This document shows, one piece after another, positions 40,536-54,100 of a DNA stretch of 64,000 bases. A program made the position numbers and the translations under genes. The DNA lies in NCBI RefSeq assembly GCF_018350175.1, contig NC_058368.1, forward strand, positions 185,382,001 to 185,446,000. Reading direction: 5' to 3'. Position 1 is the stretch's first letter, and every line of letters begins with the position of its first letter. Origin of the DNA: Felis catus (taxonomy: Eukaryota). The notes beneath the pieces were generated by a model, which saw only the letters and a program-made list of their open reading frames with translations, was not told where the DNA came from and ran no database searches.

Positions 40536-41182
40536 CAGTGTGGAGGTTCCTCAGAAAATTAAAAATAGACCTACCCTATGACCCAGCAATAGCACTGCTA
40601 GGAATTTATCCAAGGGATACAGGAGTACTGATGCATAGGGCAACTTGTACCCCAATGTTCATAGCAGCACTCTCAACAATAGCCAAATTATGGAAAGAGC
40701 CTAAATGTCCATCAACTGATGAATGGATAAAAAAAATTGTGGTTTATATACACAATGGAGTACTACGTGGCAATGAGAAAAAATGAAATATGGCCTTTTG
40801 TAGCAACGTGGATGGAACTGGAGAGTGTGATGCTAAGTGAAATAAGCCATACAGAGAAAGACAGATACCATATGGTTTCACTCTTATGTGGATCCTGAGA
40901 AACTTAACAGGAACCCATGGGGGAGGGGAAGGAAAAAAAAAAAAAGTTAGAGTGGGAGAGAGCCAAAGCATAAGAGACTGTTAAAAACTGAGAACAAACT
41001 GAGGATTGATGGGGGGTGGGAGGGAGGAGAGGGTGGGTGATGGGTATTGAGGAGGGCACCTTTTGGGATGAGCACTGGGTGTTGTATGGAAACCAATTTA
41101 TCAAAAATTTCATATATATATAAAAAAAATAAAAAAAATAAATTTTGTTGCTACTGTAAAATATATATATATATATATATAA
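40536..41182 (+). mobile_element. 5'-truncated young L1 (ORF2 end, 3'UTR and tail)
   Basis: [24 protein letters not shown]..., G-rich 3'UTR, A tail; TSD core aaattgctttt at 40525-40535 and 41183-41193. Confidence 0.95.
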
Positions 41183-41237
41183 AAATTGCTTTTATGAAGA
41201 TAAAAGTAAATGCTTTTTGAAAAAAAACTGAGATTCT

Positions 41238-41454
41238 AGGGTCACCTGGGGTGGCTCAGTAGGTTAAGCATCCAACTTCAGCTCAGGTCATGCTTGCACT
41301 TCATGAGTTTGAGCCTCATGATGGGCTCTGTGCTGACAGCATGGAGCCTGATGCTTGCTTCAGATTCTGTGTCTCCCTCTCTCTCTACCCCTCCCCTGCT
41401 CACACTCTGTTTCTCCCTCTCTCTCAAAATATGGATAAACATCAATTTTTTTAA
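41238..41454 (+). mobile_element. CanSINE
   Basis: TSD ctgagattct. Confidence 0.93.
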
Positions 41455-42500
41455 AAGCTGAGATTCTGATAATTAGATATGAATAATACTAAAATGAAAC
41501 ATTAACTGAAATGTTTCATTTATAATTAAGCATTAAAAGTGATCTTGCTACTCCCCCTTAACACAATTTAACATTGTTGGTCCCACTAAATGCTAGGAGT
41601 ATAGACACTAAAGATTTTAACAATCAAAAATACCCCTTCCCCCCTATTATTGTATCAAGAATAGTACCATCCCTATTTGAGAATAGCTGGTTTGGGTAGA
41701 AATACATATTCATGGATATTTTTACTCAAACTTTCTTTGTTTGTCACAGACTTTACAGATTATTTTCCCTTTTTTTTTGAAGTATATATATGGAAATTTC
41801 TCTAGTGAATCTCTGTAGGTGATAAAACATATCACATTTTGTTTGTTTGTTTGTTTGATCCCAAAGCAGTTTTACTTTAAACTTATTCTTGAGAGCTAGT
41901 TTTGCTGGGAATACAGATTTAAGATGACTTTTCACCTTGTCAGCTCTTTGAACACAATATGCCATAGTATTCTTGTTCCACTATTGCTGTTAAAAGGACT
42001 GATGTAATTCTATTTTTGCTCCTGTTCAATTAATCTTTTTTTTTCTGATTAAGTTTAATATTTTATTAATTTTTTGTGCCCTTTACTGTCATGACAGTAG
42101 GTTTAACTTTGGATCTCATTTGATTTATACTCTGTACTATGCATTTTATTATTATGTCGTGCTTCAGTTCTGAAAAGTCCTAGCCATTATTTTTTTCAAT
42201 TTTCCCCTTCCATTTTCTTTTTTCTTTTGTGATGGAACACTGAATATATTGAAACTTTTCAGTCCTATGTATTCTCAATACCTCTTTCGTATTTCTCATT
42301 TTGTGTCTCAATGCTCTACTTTGGGCAATTTATTTAGGTATATATTTTGTGCAATTGTTTTCTCTTTAGTTGGTTCCTAATCTGCTCTTTAATTTGTCCA
42401 CTTATTTTTTTTTTAATTTCAATTGTTATATTCTTAAGTGACAGAAATTTCATTTGACCTTTTTTTGTTTTGTTTTGTTTTTGATATGCTTGGTTATTCT

Positions 42501-42742
42501 TTTTTTAAATTTTTATTTATTTTGGAGAGAGAGAGAGACAGAGAGACAGAGAGACAGACAGACAGACAGACAGTGTGAGCAGGGGAGGGGCAGAGAAAGT
42601 GGGAGACACAGAATCTGAAGCAGGCTCCAGGCTCCAAGCTCTGTCAGCACAGAGCCTGATGCAGGGCTCAAACTCATGGACCTTGAGATCATGACCTGAG
42701 CCAAAGTCAGATGCTTAGCCGACAGAGCAACCCAGGCGCCCC
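42501..42742 (-). mobile_element. CanSINE
   Basis: TSD tggttattctt. Confidence 0.94.
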
Positions 42743-43099
42743 ACCTGGTTATTCTTAATAGTGTCCTATTGCTTGTTCATTTTTGTTATTTCATCTTTTA
42801 AAACATATTTCAGTAATAGCTATTATTTATTCACATTGGCAATTAAAAATATTAATATTAGTATTTAATCTTAATCTTAAATATTGGGAGCGTCTATCTG
42901 TTGTTTATTTTTGTTCTTGGTGTCAATCTCATTTAAAAACTTTTGTTTTCTTGTACATTATTTTTTAATGTTAGCTCATACACTGAGCTTAATCTGTGAA
43001 AATCCCATATCTAAATTAGGTACAATTTTTCTTTTCAGAGAATATTTTCAATTGCTTCTAATGAGGAAATGATAACACCCTGGGACTACTTTAGCTCAT

Positions 43100-43275
43100 T
43101 TGTTTTTAGGTTAATTTATTTATTTTGAAAGAGAGGGAGAGAGAGAGAGAAAACAGCGAGTCCCAAGCAGGCTCCGAGCTGTGAGCGTGGAGCCTGATAG
43201 CAGGGAGTCTGAACCCAGTAGTTGTGACATCATGACCTGAGCCAAAACCTACCAACTGAGCCACTCAGGTGTCCC
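43100..43275 (-). mobile_element. CanSINE (diverged, short internal deletion)
   Basis: cccaagcaggctcc...catgacctgagcc...ctgagccactcaggtgtccc. Confidence 0.85.
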
Positions 43276-44022
43276 TGTAGCCATGAGTCACACATAAAGA
43301 GTCAGGGCACGGAGGCTTTCTTTCCAGGAAGCTGCTTTATTTGTGTCAGCACAGGCTCAGCAGTCTAAGACCCCAAAAGGCTGAGCCCCAAGAGCAGTGG
43401 TGGGGGGAGGTTGCCTTTTGTACAATTTTTGACCCTTTGTCTCCCATATATAATAACATACAGTCAGAATGGGTGGTCTATGTTACCTCTGTAACATACA
43501 TGAGGAATATCATGCACTTGCACGTAGCCAGGTTGCCTTCCCTTGTCTTGGGGTTTTCACCACATTCCTTAGGGAAGAGCTCTACCACATCCACACTTTA
43601 GCTCTTTTAAAGAGGGTCTCTGAGTACTACAGGGCAATGAGAAAGAATGAAATATGGCCCTTTGTAGCAACGTGGATGGAACTGGAGAGTGTGATGCTAA
43701 GTGAAATAAGCCATACAGAGAAAGACAGATACCATATGTTTTCACTCTTATGTGGATCCTGAGAAACTTAACAGAAACCCATGGGGGAGAGGAAGGAAAA
43801 AAAAAGAGGTTAGAGTGGGAGAGAGCCAAAGCATAAGAGACTCTTAAAAACTGAGAACAACTGAAGGTTGATGGGGGGTGGGAGGGAGATGGGGGTGAGT
43901 GATGGGTATTGAGGAGGGCACCTTTTGGGATGACCACTGGGTGTTGTATGGAAACCATTTTGACAATAAATTTCATATATTAAAAAAAAAATAAAAAAAT
44001 AAAGAGGGTCTCTGGCTCTACC
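43276..44022 (-). mobile_element. ERV1-type solo LTR (~355 bp without the insert), split by an L1 insertion
   Basis: Near-inverted termini tgtagcc...ggctctac. On the minus strand a TATA-like TACAAAAGG, then GGGGCTCAG, then AATAAA (43335-43340), in LTR order. Confidence 0.65.
43623..44000 (+). mobile_element. 5'-truncated young L1 3' end
   Basis: EYYRAMRKNEIWPFVATWMELES...; perfect 14-bp TSD aaagagggtctctg (43609-43622 and 44001-44014) at a tttt/aaag site. Confidence 0.97.
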
Positions 44023-46419
44023 GCCCTCTGTTGGGGAGCTAAAGCTTGGTCTTCTTTTCTTTGTCCTCTAACTGGCATTTTACTCCCCAATAGAACTTGC
44101 ATCATTTACTGTTCACAGATGTCAGCCCTCTCTTCCTCTCTAATCTTCTTCCCTCTTTGAAAATTGCCTTCAGTTTCTTCAAGGATAGTTGTATGCCAGT
44201 TACAAACCTCTTCAGGGATTCTAGTCCATCAAAATACTGGAAGCCAAAAGCCCCTCATACCTTTATGTCTAGAGAAATACGTTTTTATCTTCCATGTTAG
44301 TAATTTAAAATTTTGCATCTTAGATTTTCTCCTTTCTGCTTAAAATTTAGATCCTAAGTCTGCTGTGGCAAAGTTAGATTTTCTAATTAGACTTTTCCTC
44401 TCCATCTCTCATTTCACATATTTGAATTTAGGATATATTTTTTGAAAGAAACACACTGCTTCTTAAGAAATTCAGATCATTTTTTATAAGTTTTCTTACA
44501 AAGATGATTGTGAGGGAGCCATGAATCCTTTTCTGCAAACTTTCCAAATTAGTTTATCATATATGTCTTTATTATGCTGTCATTAAAAAACACCTCCCCC
44601 CGCCATTGACTTTTAAGGAAAATCAACATTAAAGAATATAATTCTAATGCCTGAAACATGTAGAATAAATGTTAGAAAGTGGAGATTAGAGCACAATGAT
44701 GCCTGACTCAGATTTATTTAGGTAAGTGTGGTACTATTGATCTGAATTGGTGTCCTTTAATGTTATTTAAGAGAAGAAAGCAAGTGCTGGAAAAATCAAA
44801 ATTAACTGATTAGGTTGATTAGAATATCACTGGCATGTGGAAGGTTCTACTTTATCTGGAAGTGAAAGTGCTCTGAAATATTTAAAGCAAAATATCTGTT
44901 CAAATTTATTTCCTCTCATCACATCTTTCTTCTAGTCAAGAGAATAAATGTTAATCTTTGAGCATTTGGTTCTCATTCAAAGCTTTTATTAAAAGAAAAT
45001 TCAACAACCTTTCTTAGATTGCATCCTTGTCTTCAGCTATGACCACTAAGAGTGGGTCTAAATCCCATAGGAAGCCTCAACTCTCCTTTATAGACAGAAG
45101 AGGAACATCAGTGCAGACTATTTGGATTGAAGGAAAAAAAAAGTTTTCATACAGGAAAGAAAAGTGGTAGATAGGGTTTAGGAAAGAGATGCTAAAAATC
45201 CTAACTAATAGGGCTTGACTATCAAGTCCTAGAGGCATCCTCTGAAGTGTGAAGGAGGTAGTTTTGAGAGAAACCAGTGGAAATCTTATCTTGTGGTGCA
45301 GATAGCAGATTCTCTGATTTTATTCGTATGCTGTCATTTTCTTTTATTAGATTGGGAGACCTCATGGGAAGGTACCTGGTCCCTTGCCAAACATCACCCT
45401 CTGCTGAAGTATAGGAGGCATTCTGTATGCCTGGATGGATTGGAACTGGCTTTAACAGAAGGTTAAAGGTAAAATGCAGTACTTAGAGGGAATCAAGAAA
45501 AGTTATATGTGTGGTATCTCTCTAGTAGAGGGATAGTGAAATCTATGGGATGCTTTTTAGGAGTCCCATACTGGTCAAAGTTTGGGTGGTAATACCTGGA
45601 CCCTTCAAGTAGTATCCGAACTGGTCCTTTTACTTACAGTTTTGATCTACAACAATTTACTTTGTAGAGGGCAAAAGAGATGTAGTATTAAAACAAACCA
45701 AACAAATCCCCAGTTTCGGTGCTTTTCTTTAGCACACCTTGTTCATTGTCTAACCCTGGTTTCTACTCGTCACTTCTGATGTCATCCTAGACCTCTCTCT
45801 GTGGTCCAGCTTCCCCTGTCATTGAACAACTCCTTTGCACCTGCTTCCTCTTCTTTCTGTCAAACTCTCTACTAAACTTTTCACATGTTAATCATAGAAT
45901 AAATGTTAATCTTTTAACTATCTCCATTTCAGATATAAATGTAATCTCAGACTTTTCCTATTCTAAAGTACACAACTTAAATTCCTCCTGTACATCACTC
46001 TAATTTATTTGCTTTTAACACTTCTCATTATTTTAATATTCTTGGTGCCATTACATTGTACTTGTTTTGACTTTTTGTCTCTTGATACTAAACTAATTTC
46101 CCCTATGATGAGGCTTTACTTTTTTGTTCCTTTGTGGATCTCTAGTACTTACTACAGTTCCCAGAATAGTAGGCATTCAATAGAAATTTGTAGAAGAACT
46201 GAATAGATGAATAATGCATTAGCTTTAAGTTCTTAAAATTTAATATTATAGGCGATTTCCCCTTGGATATAATTATGCATGTTTCCCTTAACCATCCTAC
46301 TGGAGCTGCTCATTGGAAGAGATGTGGATCCTCCATATACAGTCTTGAAGTCAGGGACAGATGGTGAAGCACACAGTGACTATATGGGATGCTGTAAAAT
46401 GACTAGTGCCATGTGATTG

Positions 46420-48070
46420 AGATTTAGGACAGAAAGGACCTCTTTGCTATGGAGTGTCATTGCTCTAGGCTCTTTCACAAAATAGAGCTAGGAAATAGGT
46501 GCATGTATAGCAACTGTGTATGTACACATCAGTAAATATTTGTATCTATGCCAATATCAATCTCCATTTGTATCAATATTAAGCTAAACATGAATTCATG
46601 CTGATGTTTCTGACTTTTATCCCATATCACATAGATTATTTTAGCCTTCCTCCCTTGCTTATCTGTAACCATTCACCCCAACAATGAGAAACCTGGCACC
46701 AACCACCTGTCATCCATCTACTTCTTCATTCAGTCCCAGTATATAGGTACCACGTTTTTAGGATTGTTAACCCTATGGGAAACCACTGTACCAACTACAA
46801 TATAGTGCTCATTTGTGATTCCTTTTGGCTTTAGTCTCATAGTCTCCATTGTTTCTGAAATTATTTAGGCTAGCACTTTTCCTCCCGCCCTGTTCAGTGA
46901 GATTGTGTCATAGGATCTAATACAGTCAGATATTTTCATCAGCATCAGTATGTCATTTTAGGTTACTCACTTTTCTCCTGTTTTTTTTTTTTTCTTTTTT
47001 TTTTAATTTGTATATATTAAGGTTGAAGATGTAGGATTCTCTGGGTATTGTCAAATCATGGCATAATACCTTGCATCCACCACTATATTGTTACCCAGAG
47101 TAATTTCACTGCCCTAAAAAACTCCCTCTGTGCCTCACCCATTCAAATCCCTACCAACCACTGATCTTTTTACCATTATCTATAAGTTTGCCTTTTCCAG
47201 ATGTCATACAAATGGAAATGTATAGAATGTAACCTTTTCCGAGGAGTGGTTCCTTTCACTTAGCAATGTGTATATAAGATTCATCAATGTCTCTGCATGA
47301 TTTAATAGCTCATTATTATTTAGTGGCTCATTATTATTGCTGAATAGTATTCAGTTGTATAAAAGTAGCATGATTTGTTCATCCTTTCACCTATTGAGGA
47401 GTGTCTTGATTGCTTCCTGTTTTTGGTAATTATGAATAAAGCTTCTATAAACATTCATATGAAGGTTTTATGTGAACATAAATTTCAACTCAATTAGGTA
47501 AAAACCTAAAAGTGTGATTTCTGGGTAGATGGTAAGACTTTATTTAGATTTATAAAAAACTGCAAAACTTCCAAAGTGGATGTACCATTTGTATTTCCAC
47601 CAACAATGAATGAGTTCCTGTTGCTCCACACAAAATGAAATTGTCAGTGTTTTGGGCTTTAGTCATTATAATAGGTGTGTGGTGGTAAAAAGTGTTGCTT
47701 TACTTTGCCTTTTCCTAAAGACAAATCATGTTGGATTTTTTTTTTCATATGCTTATTTGCTATGTTTTTATATGCTTATTTGTATATCTTCAGTGAGATG
47801 TCTGTTTAGACCTTTTGGCTATTTTTAAAAATTTTTAATTAAAAATTTTAAAAGTTTGGCTATTTTTATATTTAATTCTTTATCCAGTATGTGGCTTTCA
47901 AAGATTTTCTTAGTTTGTGGCTTCTTTTTACATTCTCTCAATGGTGTTTTTCACAGAGGAGTTTTTAATTTTAATCAAGTCCAACTTAACAAAATTTTGT
48001 AGGAATTATGCCTTCGTGCTCTATCTAAAAATTCATTACTAAACCCAAAGTCAAGCAGATTTTCTCCTGA
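46420..48070 (-). mobile_element. Old L1M ORF2 end and 3'UTR
   Basis: ttccaaagtggatgtaccatttgtatttccaccaacaatgaatgagttcctgttgctccaca and related degenerate L1 motifs. Confidence 0.75.
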
Positions 48071-48240
48071 TGGGTATTTTTAAGAGTACAAATATTTTTT
48101 AGCACAGGAAGCTCCTATGATAACTACAAGAAATGATTTTTAAAAAATTCTCACGCAAATCTCTATATTTTACAAAAAATAAAAATGGGGACTTCTAGTT
48201 GTATATCAGGAATGGCCATGAAATACTGCCTATATATGTA

Positions 48241-48723
48241 CAGATAGTCCCCTTTTTACTATTGTTTGGCTTATGATTTTTCAGCTTTAGGATTGTGAGA
48301 AAGCTCTACACTTTCAGTAGAAACTGTGCTTTGAATTTTGAATATTTATCTTTTCCTGGGCTAGTGATATGTGGTGTAATACTTTATCCTAATGCTGGGC
48401 AGTGGCAGTGAGCCACAGCTCCCAGTTAGCCATGCTCTTATGAGCGCAAACAACCCATATATTTACCATTCTGTACCTATACAGCCATTGCGTTTTTCAC
48501 ATTCAGTACAGCATTCAGTAAGTTACATGAGATATTCAACTGTATTGTAAAATAGGCTTGTGTTAGCTGATTTTGCCCAAGTGTAGATGAATGTAAGTGT
48601 TCTGAGCTTGTTTAAAGTAGGCTAGTCTAAACTACAATGTTCAGTAGGTTATGTATATTAAATGCACTTTTGACTTACAATATTTTCAATTTATTAAAAA
48701 ATTTTTTTTAATGTTTATTTATT

Positions 48724-48783
<60 letters not shown>

Positions 48784-49000
48784 CATGAGCGGGGGAGGAG
48801 CAGATAGAGAGGGAGACACAGAATTCAAAACAGGCTCTAGGCTCTGAGCTGTCAGCACAGAGCCAGACGCGGGGCTCCAACTCAAAAACCATGAGATCAT
48901 GACCTGAGCCGAAGCTGGGCACTCAACTGACTGAGCCACCCAGGCAATATTTTCAATTTATGATAGATTTATTGAACATAACTTCAACGTGGAAGATCTG
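48241..49000. mobile_element. Tigger5-like Tc1/mariner non-autonomous DNA transposon containing a SINE
   Basis: TA|cagat...atctg|TA termini; internal cagtagaaactgtgctttgaattttg and gctgggcagtggcagtgagccacagctcccag. Confidence 0.8.
48694..48945 (-). mobile_element. CanSINE inside the Tigger element
   Basis: TSD caatattttcaattta. Confidence 0.95.
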
Positions 49001-51131
49001 TACACAAAGTAAAAGTCATTTAAAGGCATTTGTAAAATACTTCCAACTGCAATGCTAGCTAATTAAGGATTAGTTTCCTTTCATTATTATTAGAACTGCG
49101 CACATAATAGGTCAATTCCTCACCCATTGTGTGTAGATAATTCCCATTATCATTAATTGGAGTTTTATGTGTAAGAAGAAAGGGAAACTTTATGGGGGGG
49201 GGGAGAGGGAGGACAATACCAGCTGTCCATAAAGCCAAATTCTTTCAACCAGTAGAGGTCATTCTCTCTGTATTTTAATGTAAATTTCTAATTTCTGCTT
49301 GTAGCTTTCTGTTTTGAAGACAAGTAACAAAAACCAATTCCATTTCAGTCTATGTTTCTCTTGATCTTTGTTCCAAGTTGGTGTATTTTCCGTTCCATAA
49401 TAACAACACTGCCAGAGTGTGAAATTGGGGCACTTTGATAGAAATGACATTTGATAAGCTTCTTTTAGTCACTTAGCCCTTCGTGTGGGACATTTATCTA
49501 CTTATTCTTCCAAATTTACAGTAAAACATTGATTAACTTGAAATGGAGAGACCTTCTGTTTTTGTCTGTCTTTCAGAGTAGGGCATTCCATAATGATTTG
49601 GCAGGAAGAAAAATAGGAAAAAGCTATGATAGTTTTGTTAAGGTTCAAGAACTACAATTGCTCAGGAAACACTGATCATTTTTCCTTTACCTATTTCTTT
49701 GCCTTTTAGATGCAAACAGCTATAGATGTCCTCTCTCCCTTGAGATGACCATAGCTTACCAAACCCTGTTAATTATACCTCCTTTGTGCTCTCATTGCAC
49801 TCTATACTTACTATAACTGTGTGTTTATGATCCAGCAGTACCTGTGTCTGTTTGACTCATTGAAGAATAAGTGTTTGGAAAGTAGGGGTGCCACCCTGGG
49901 ATTAATCCACATTAATTCAATTAGTAAATTTTATATAGAAATTTGATTATTCTGAACACATTTGGGGGATTTGGGAACACCATGGTGAATGACATAGTAA
50001 TTGCTTGTAGGATACATGGAGCAGGGACAATTTACACAAGAAAATAATCAATGACCACCTAGTATAAAAATGTTATAAAAGAACTAAATAGGGAATATTA
50101 TGGAAATATAAGAAAATTACTTCTTTCAGCCTTAGGGGATCAAGATACGCTTTGCAGAAAATATGATCCCTAAGCAGAGTTCTTAAGTATTAGAAAGAAA
50201 TACCCAGGAGAAGGAATCCAGATTCCGGGATAGTAAAGGCCAAACAGAATTTCAGGAAAAGTACATTTACTTTCTTCATTCTTTTATTCCCAGTACTCAG
50301 AACACTAAGTGATAGGTACCTTTTCATTAAATGAATGGGTAGATAAATTGCAAGGATCCAAGGCTAAATTGGAGAGACTAATCTTTCCTAAATATATCAG
50401 TTGGTATGCCTATTATTTTTAATAGCCACTTAGTCATATTACCAAAAGAAGAGAAGAAAAAAACACCATTTTCCTCAACTAGTACCCAGTCACTTTGGAG
50501 AATATATTTCTAAAATATGTTATTTTTGCTGGGTCATAATGGTGGATATATTTCTTGTGTGCATTTTAAAATTCTGGAAAGTATGGAAGCTAACTGCATG
50601 AACTTTGAAATAGGATTATGTGTCCTAAATCTAAATTATGTCATTTATTAAGCTTTTAAGCCCTGCCTAGCTCTTCACCTGGTTTTCTGTATATGGCTTA
50701 TGAAAAACTGGAAAGAAGAGATTATTTTGCCTAAGTAGGTGTGCTCATTATTCCATTGTTTATAAATGTCATGACTTGTCTATTAGTTTGGATAGGCATT
50801 TAGCATAATTCACCCCATTTTTGTAGTGTCTTTCTAGTCAGATAACTGAAATGAATACTAAACATTGTTAACGCTAGTAATATATATTTTATTTTTTTAT
50901 TTTTTATTTTTTTCAATAAATGAAATTTATTGTCAAATTGGAATCCATAAAACACCCAGTGCTCATCCCAAAAGGTGCCCTCCTCAATGCCCATCACCAA
51001 CCCTCCCCTCCCTCCCACCCCCCATCAACCCTCAGTTTGTTCTCAGTCTCTTATGCTTTGGCTCTCTCCCACTCTAACCTCTTTTTTTTCTTTTTTTCCT
51101 TCCCCTCCCCCATGGGTTTCTGTTAAGTTTC

Positions 51132-54100
51132 TCAGGATCCACATAAGAGTGAAACCATATGGTATCTGTCTTTCTCTGTATGGCTTATTTCACTTAGCAT
51201 CACACTCTCCAGTTCCATCCACGTTGCAACAAAAGGCCATATTTCATTCTTTCTCATTGCCACATAGTATTCCATTGTGTATATAAACCACAATTTCTTT
51301 ATCCATTCATCAGTTGATGGACATTTAGGCTCTTTCCATAATTTGGCTATTGTTGAGAGTGCTGCTATAAACATTGGGGTACAAATGCCCTTATGCATCA
51401 GTACTCCTGTATCCCTTGGGTAAATTCCTAGCAGTGCTATTGCTGGGTCATAGGGTAGGTCTATTTTTAATTTTCTGAGGAACCTCCACATTGCTTTCCA
51501 GAGTGGCTGCACCAATTTGCATTCCCATCAACAGTGCAAGAGGGTTCCCATTTCTCCACATCCTCTGCAGCATCTATAGTCCCCTGATTTGTTCATTTTG
51601 GCCACTCTGACTGGCGTGAGGTGATATCTGAGTGTGGTTTCGATTTGTATTTCCCTGATAAGGAGTGACAGTGAACATCTTTTCATGTGCCTGTTGGCCA
51701 TCCGATGTCTTCTTTAGAAAAGTGTCTATTCATGTTTTCTGCCCATTTCTTCACGGGGTTATTTGTTTTTTGGGTGTGCAGTTTGGTGAGGTCTTTATAG
51801 ATTTTGGATACTAGCCCTTTGTCCGATATGTCATTTGCAAATATCTTTTCCCATTCCGTCCTTTTAGTTTTGTTGGTGGTTTCCTTTGCTGTGCAGAAGC
51901 TTTTTATCTTCATAAGGTCCCAGTAATTCACTTTTGCTTTTAATTCCTTTGCCTTTGGGGATGTGTCGAGTAAGAGATTGCTACGGCTGAGGTCAGAGAG
52001 GTCTTTTCCTGCTTTCTCCTCTAGGGTTTTGATGGTTTCCTGTCTCACATTCAGGTCCTTTATCCATTTTGAGTTTATTTTTGTGAATGGTGTGAGAAAG
52101 TGGTCTAGTTTCAACCTTCTGCATGTTGCTGTCCAGTTCTCCCAGCACCATTTGTTAAAGAGGCTGTCTTGTTTCCATTGGATGTTCTTTCCTGCTTTGT
52201 CAAAGATGAGTTGGCCATACGTTTGTGGGTCTAGTTCTGGGGTTTCTATTCTATTCCATTGGTCTATGTGTCTGCTTTTGTGCCACTACCATGCTGTCTT
52301 GATGATTACAGCTTTGTAGTAGAGGCTAAAGTCTGGGATTGTGATGCCTCCTGCTTTGGTCTTCTTCTTCAAAATTACTTTGGCTATTTGGGGCCTTTTG
52401 TGGTTCCATATGAATTTTAGGATTGCTTGTTCTAGTTTCGAGAAGAATGCTGGTGCAATTTTGATTGGGATTGCATTGAATGTGTAGATAGCTTTGGGTA
52501 GTATTGACATTTTGACAATATTTATTTTTCCAATCCATGAGCAGGGAAGGTCTTTCCATTTTTTTAAATCTTCTTCAATTTCCTTCATAAGCTTTCTATA
52601 GTTTTCAGCATACAGATCCTTTACATCTTTGGTTAGATTTATTCCTAGGTATTTTATGCTTCTTGGTGCAATTGTGAATGGGATCAGTTTCTTTATTTGT
52701 CTTTCTGTTGCTTCATTGTTAGTGTATAAGAATGCAACTGATTTCTGTACATTGATTTTGTATCCTGCAACTTTGCTGAATTCCTGTATCAGTTCTAGTA
52801 GACTTTTGGTGGAGTCTATCGGATTTTCCATGTATAATATCATGTCATCTGCAAAAAGCGAAAGCTTGACTTCATCTTTGCCAATTTTGATGCCTTTGAT
52901 TTCCTTTTGTTGTCTAATTGCAGATGCTTAAACTTCCAACACTATGTTAAACAACAGCAGTGAGAGTGGGCATCCCTGTCGTGTTCCTGATCTCAGGGAA
53001 AAAACTCTCAGTTTTTCCCCATTGAGGATGATGTTAGCTGTGGGCTTTTCATAAATGGCTTTTATGATCTTTAAGTATGTTCCTTCTATCCCGACTTTCT
53101 CAAGCGTTTTTATTAAGAAAGGGTGCTGGATTTTGTCAAAGGCCTTTTCTGCATCGATTGACAGGATCATATGGTTCTTCTCTTTTTTTTTATTAATGTG
53201 ATGTATCGCGTTGATGGATTTACGAATGTTGAACCAGCTCTGCATCCCAGGAATGAATCCCACTTGATCATGGTAAATAATTCTTTTTATATGCTGTTGA
53301 ATTCGATTTGCTAGTATCTTATTGAGAATTTTTGCATCCATATTCATCAGGGATATTGGCTGTAGTTCTCTTTTTTTACTGATCTCTGTCTGGTTTAGGA
53401 ATCAAAGTAATACTGGCTTCATAGAATGAGTCTGGAAGTTTTCCTTCCCTTTCTATTTCTTGGAATAGCTTGAGAAGGATAGGTATTATCTCTGCTTTAA
53501 ACGTCTGGTAGAACTCCCCTGGGAAGCCATCTGGTCCTGGACTCTTATTTGTTGGGAGATTTTGGATAACCGATTCAATTTCTTCGCTGGTTATGGGTCT
53601 GTTCAAGCTTTCTATTTCCTCCTGATTGAGTTTTGGAAGAGTGTGGGTGTTCAGAAATTTGTCCATTTCTTCCAGGTTGTCCAATTTGTTGGCATATAAT
53701 TTTTCATAGTATTCCCTGATAATTGTTTGTATCTCCGAGGGATTGGTTGTAATAATTCCATTTTCATTCATGATTTTATCTATTTGGGTCATCTCCCTTT
53801 TCTTTTTGAGAAGCCTGGCTAGAGGTTTGTCAATTTTGTTTATTTTTTCAAAAAACCAACTCTTGGTTTTGTTGATCTGCTCTACAGTTTTTTTAGATTC
53901 TATATTGTTTATTTCTGCTCTGATCTTTATTATTTCTCTTCTTCTGCTGGGTTTAGGCTGCCTTTGCTGTTCTGCTTCTAGTTCCTTTAGGTGTGCTGTT
54001 AGATTTTGTATTTGGGATTTTTCTTGTTTCTTGAGATAGGCCTGGATTGCAATGTATTTTCCTCTCAGGACTGCCTTTGCTGCGTCCCAAAGCGTTTGGA

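Noticed and set aside
41011..41045. G-quadruplex-like tract
   Set aside because: Ordinary G-rich tract of the L1 3'UTR.
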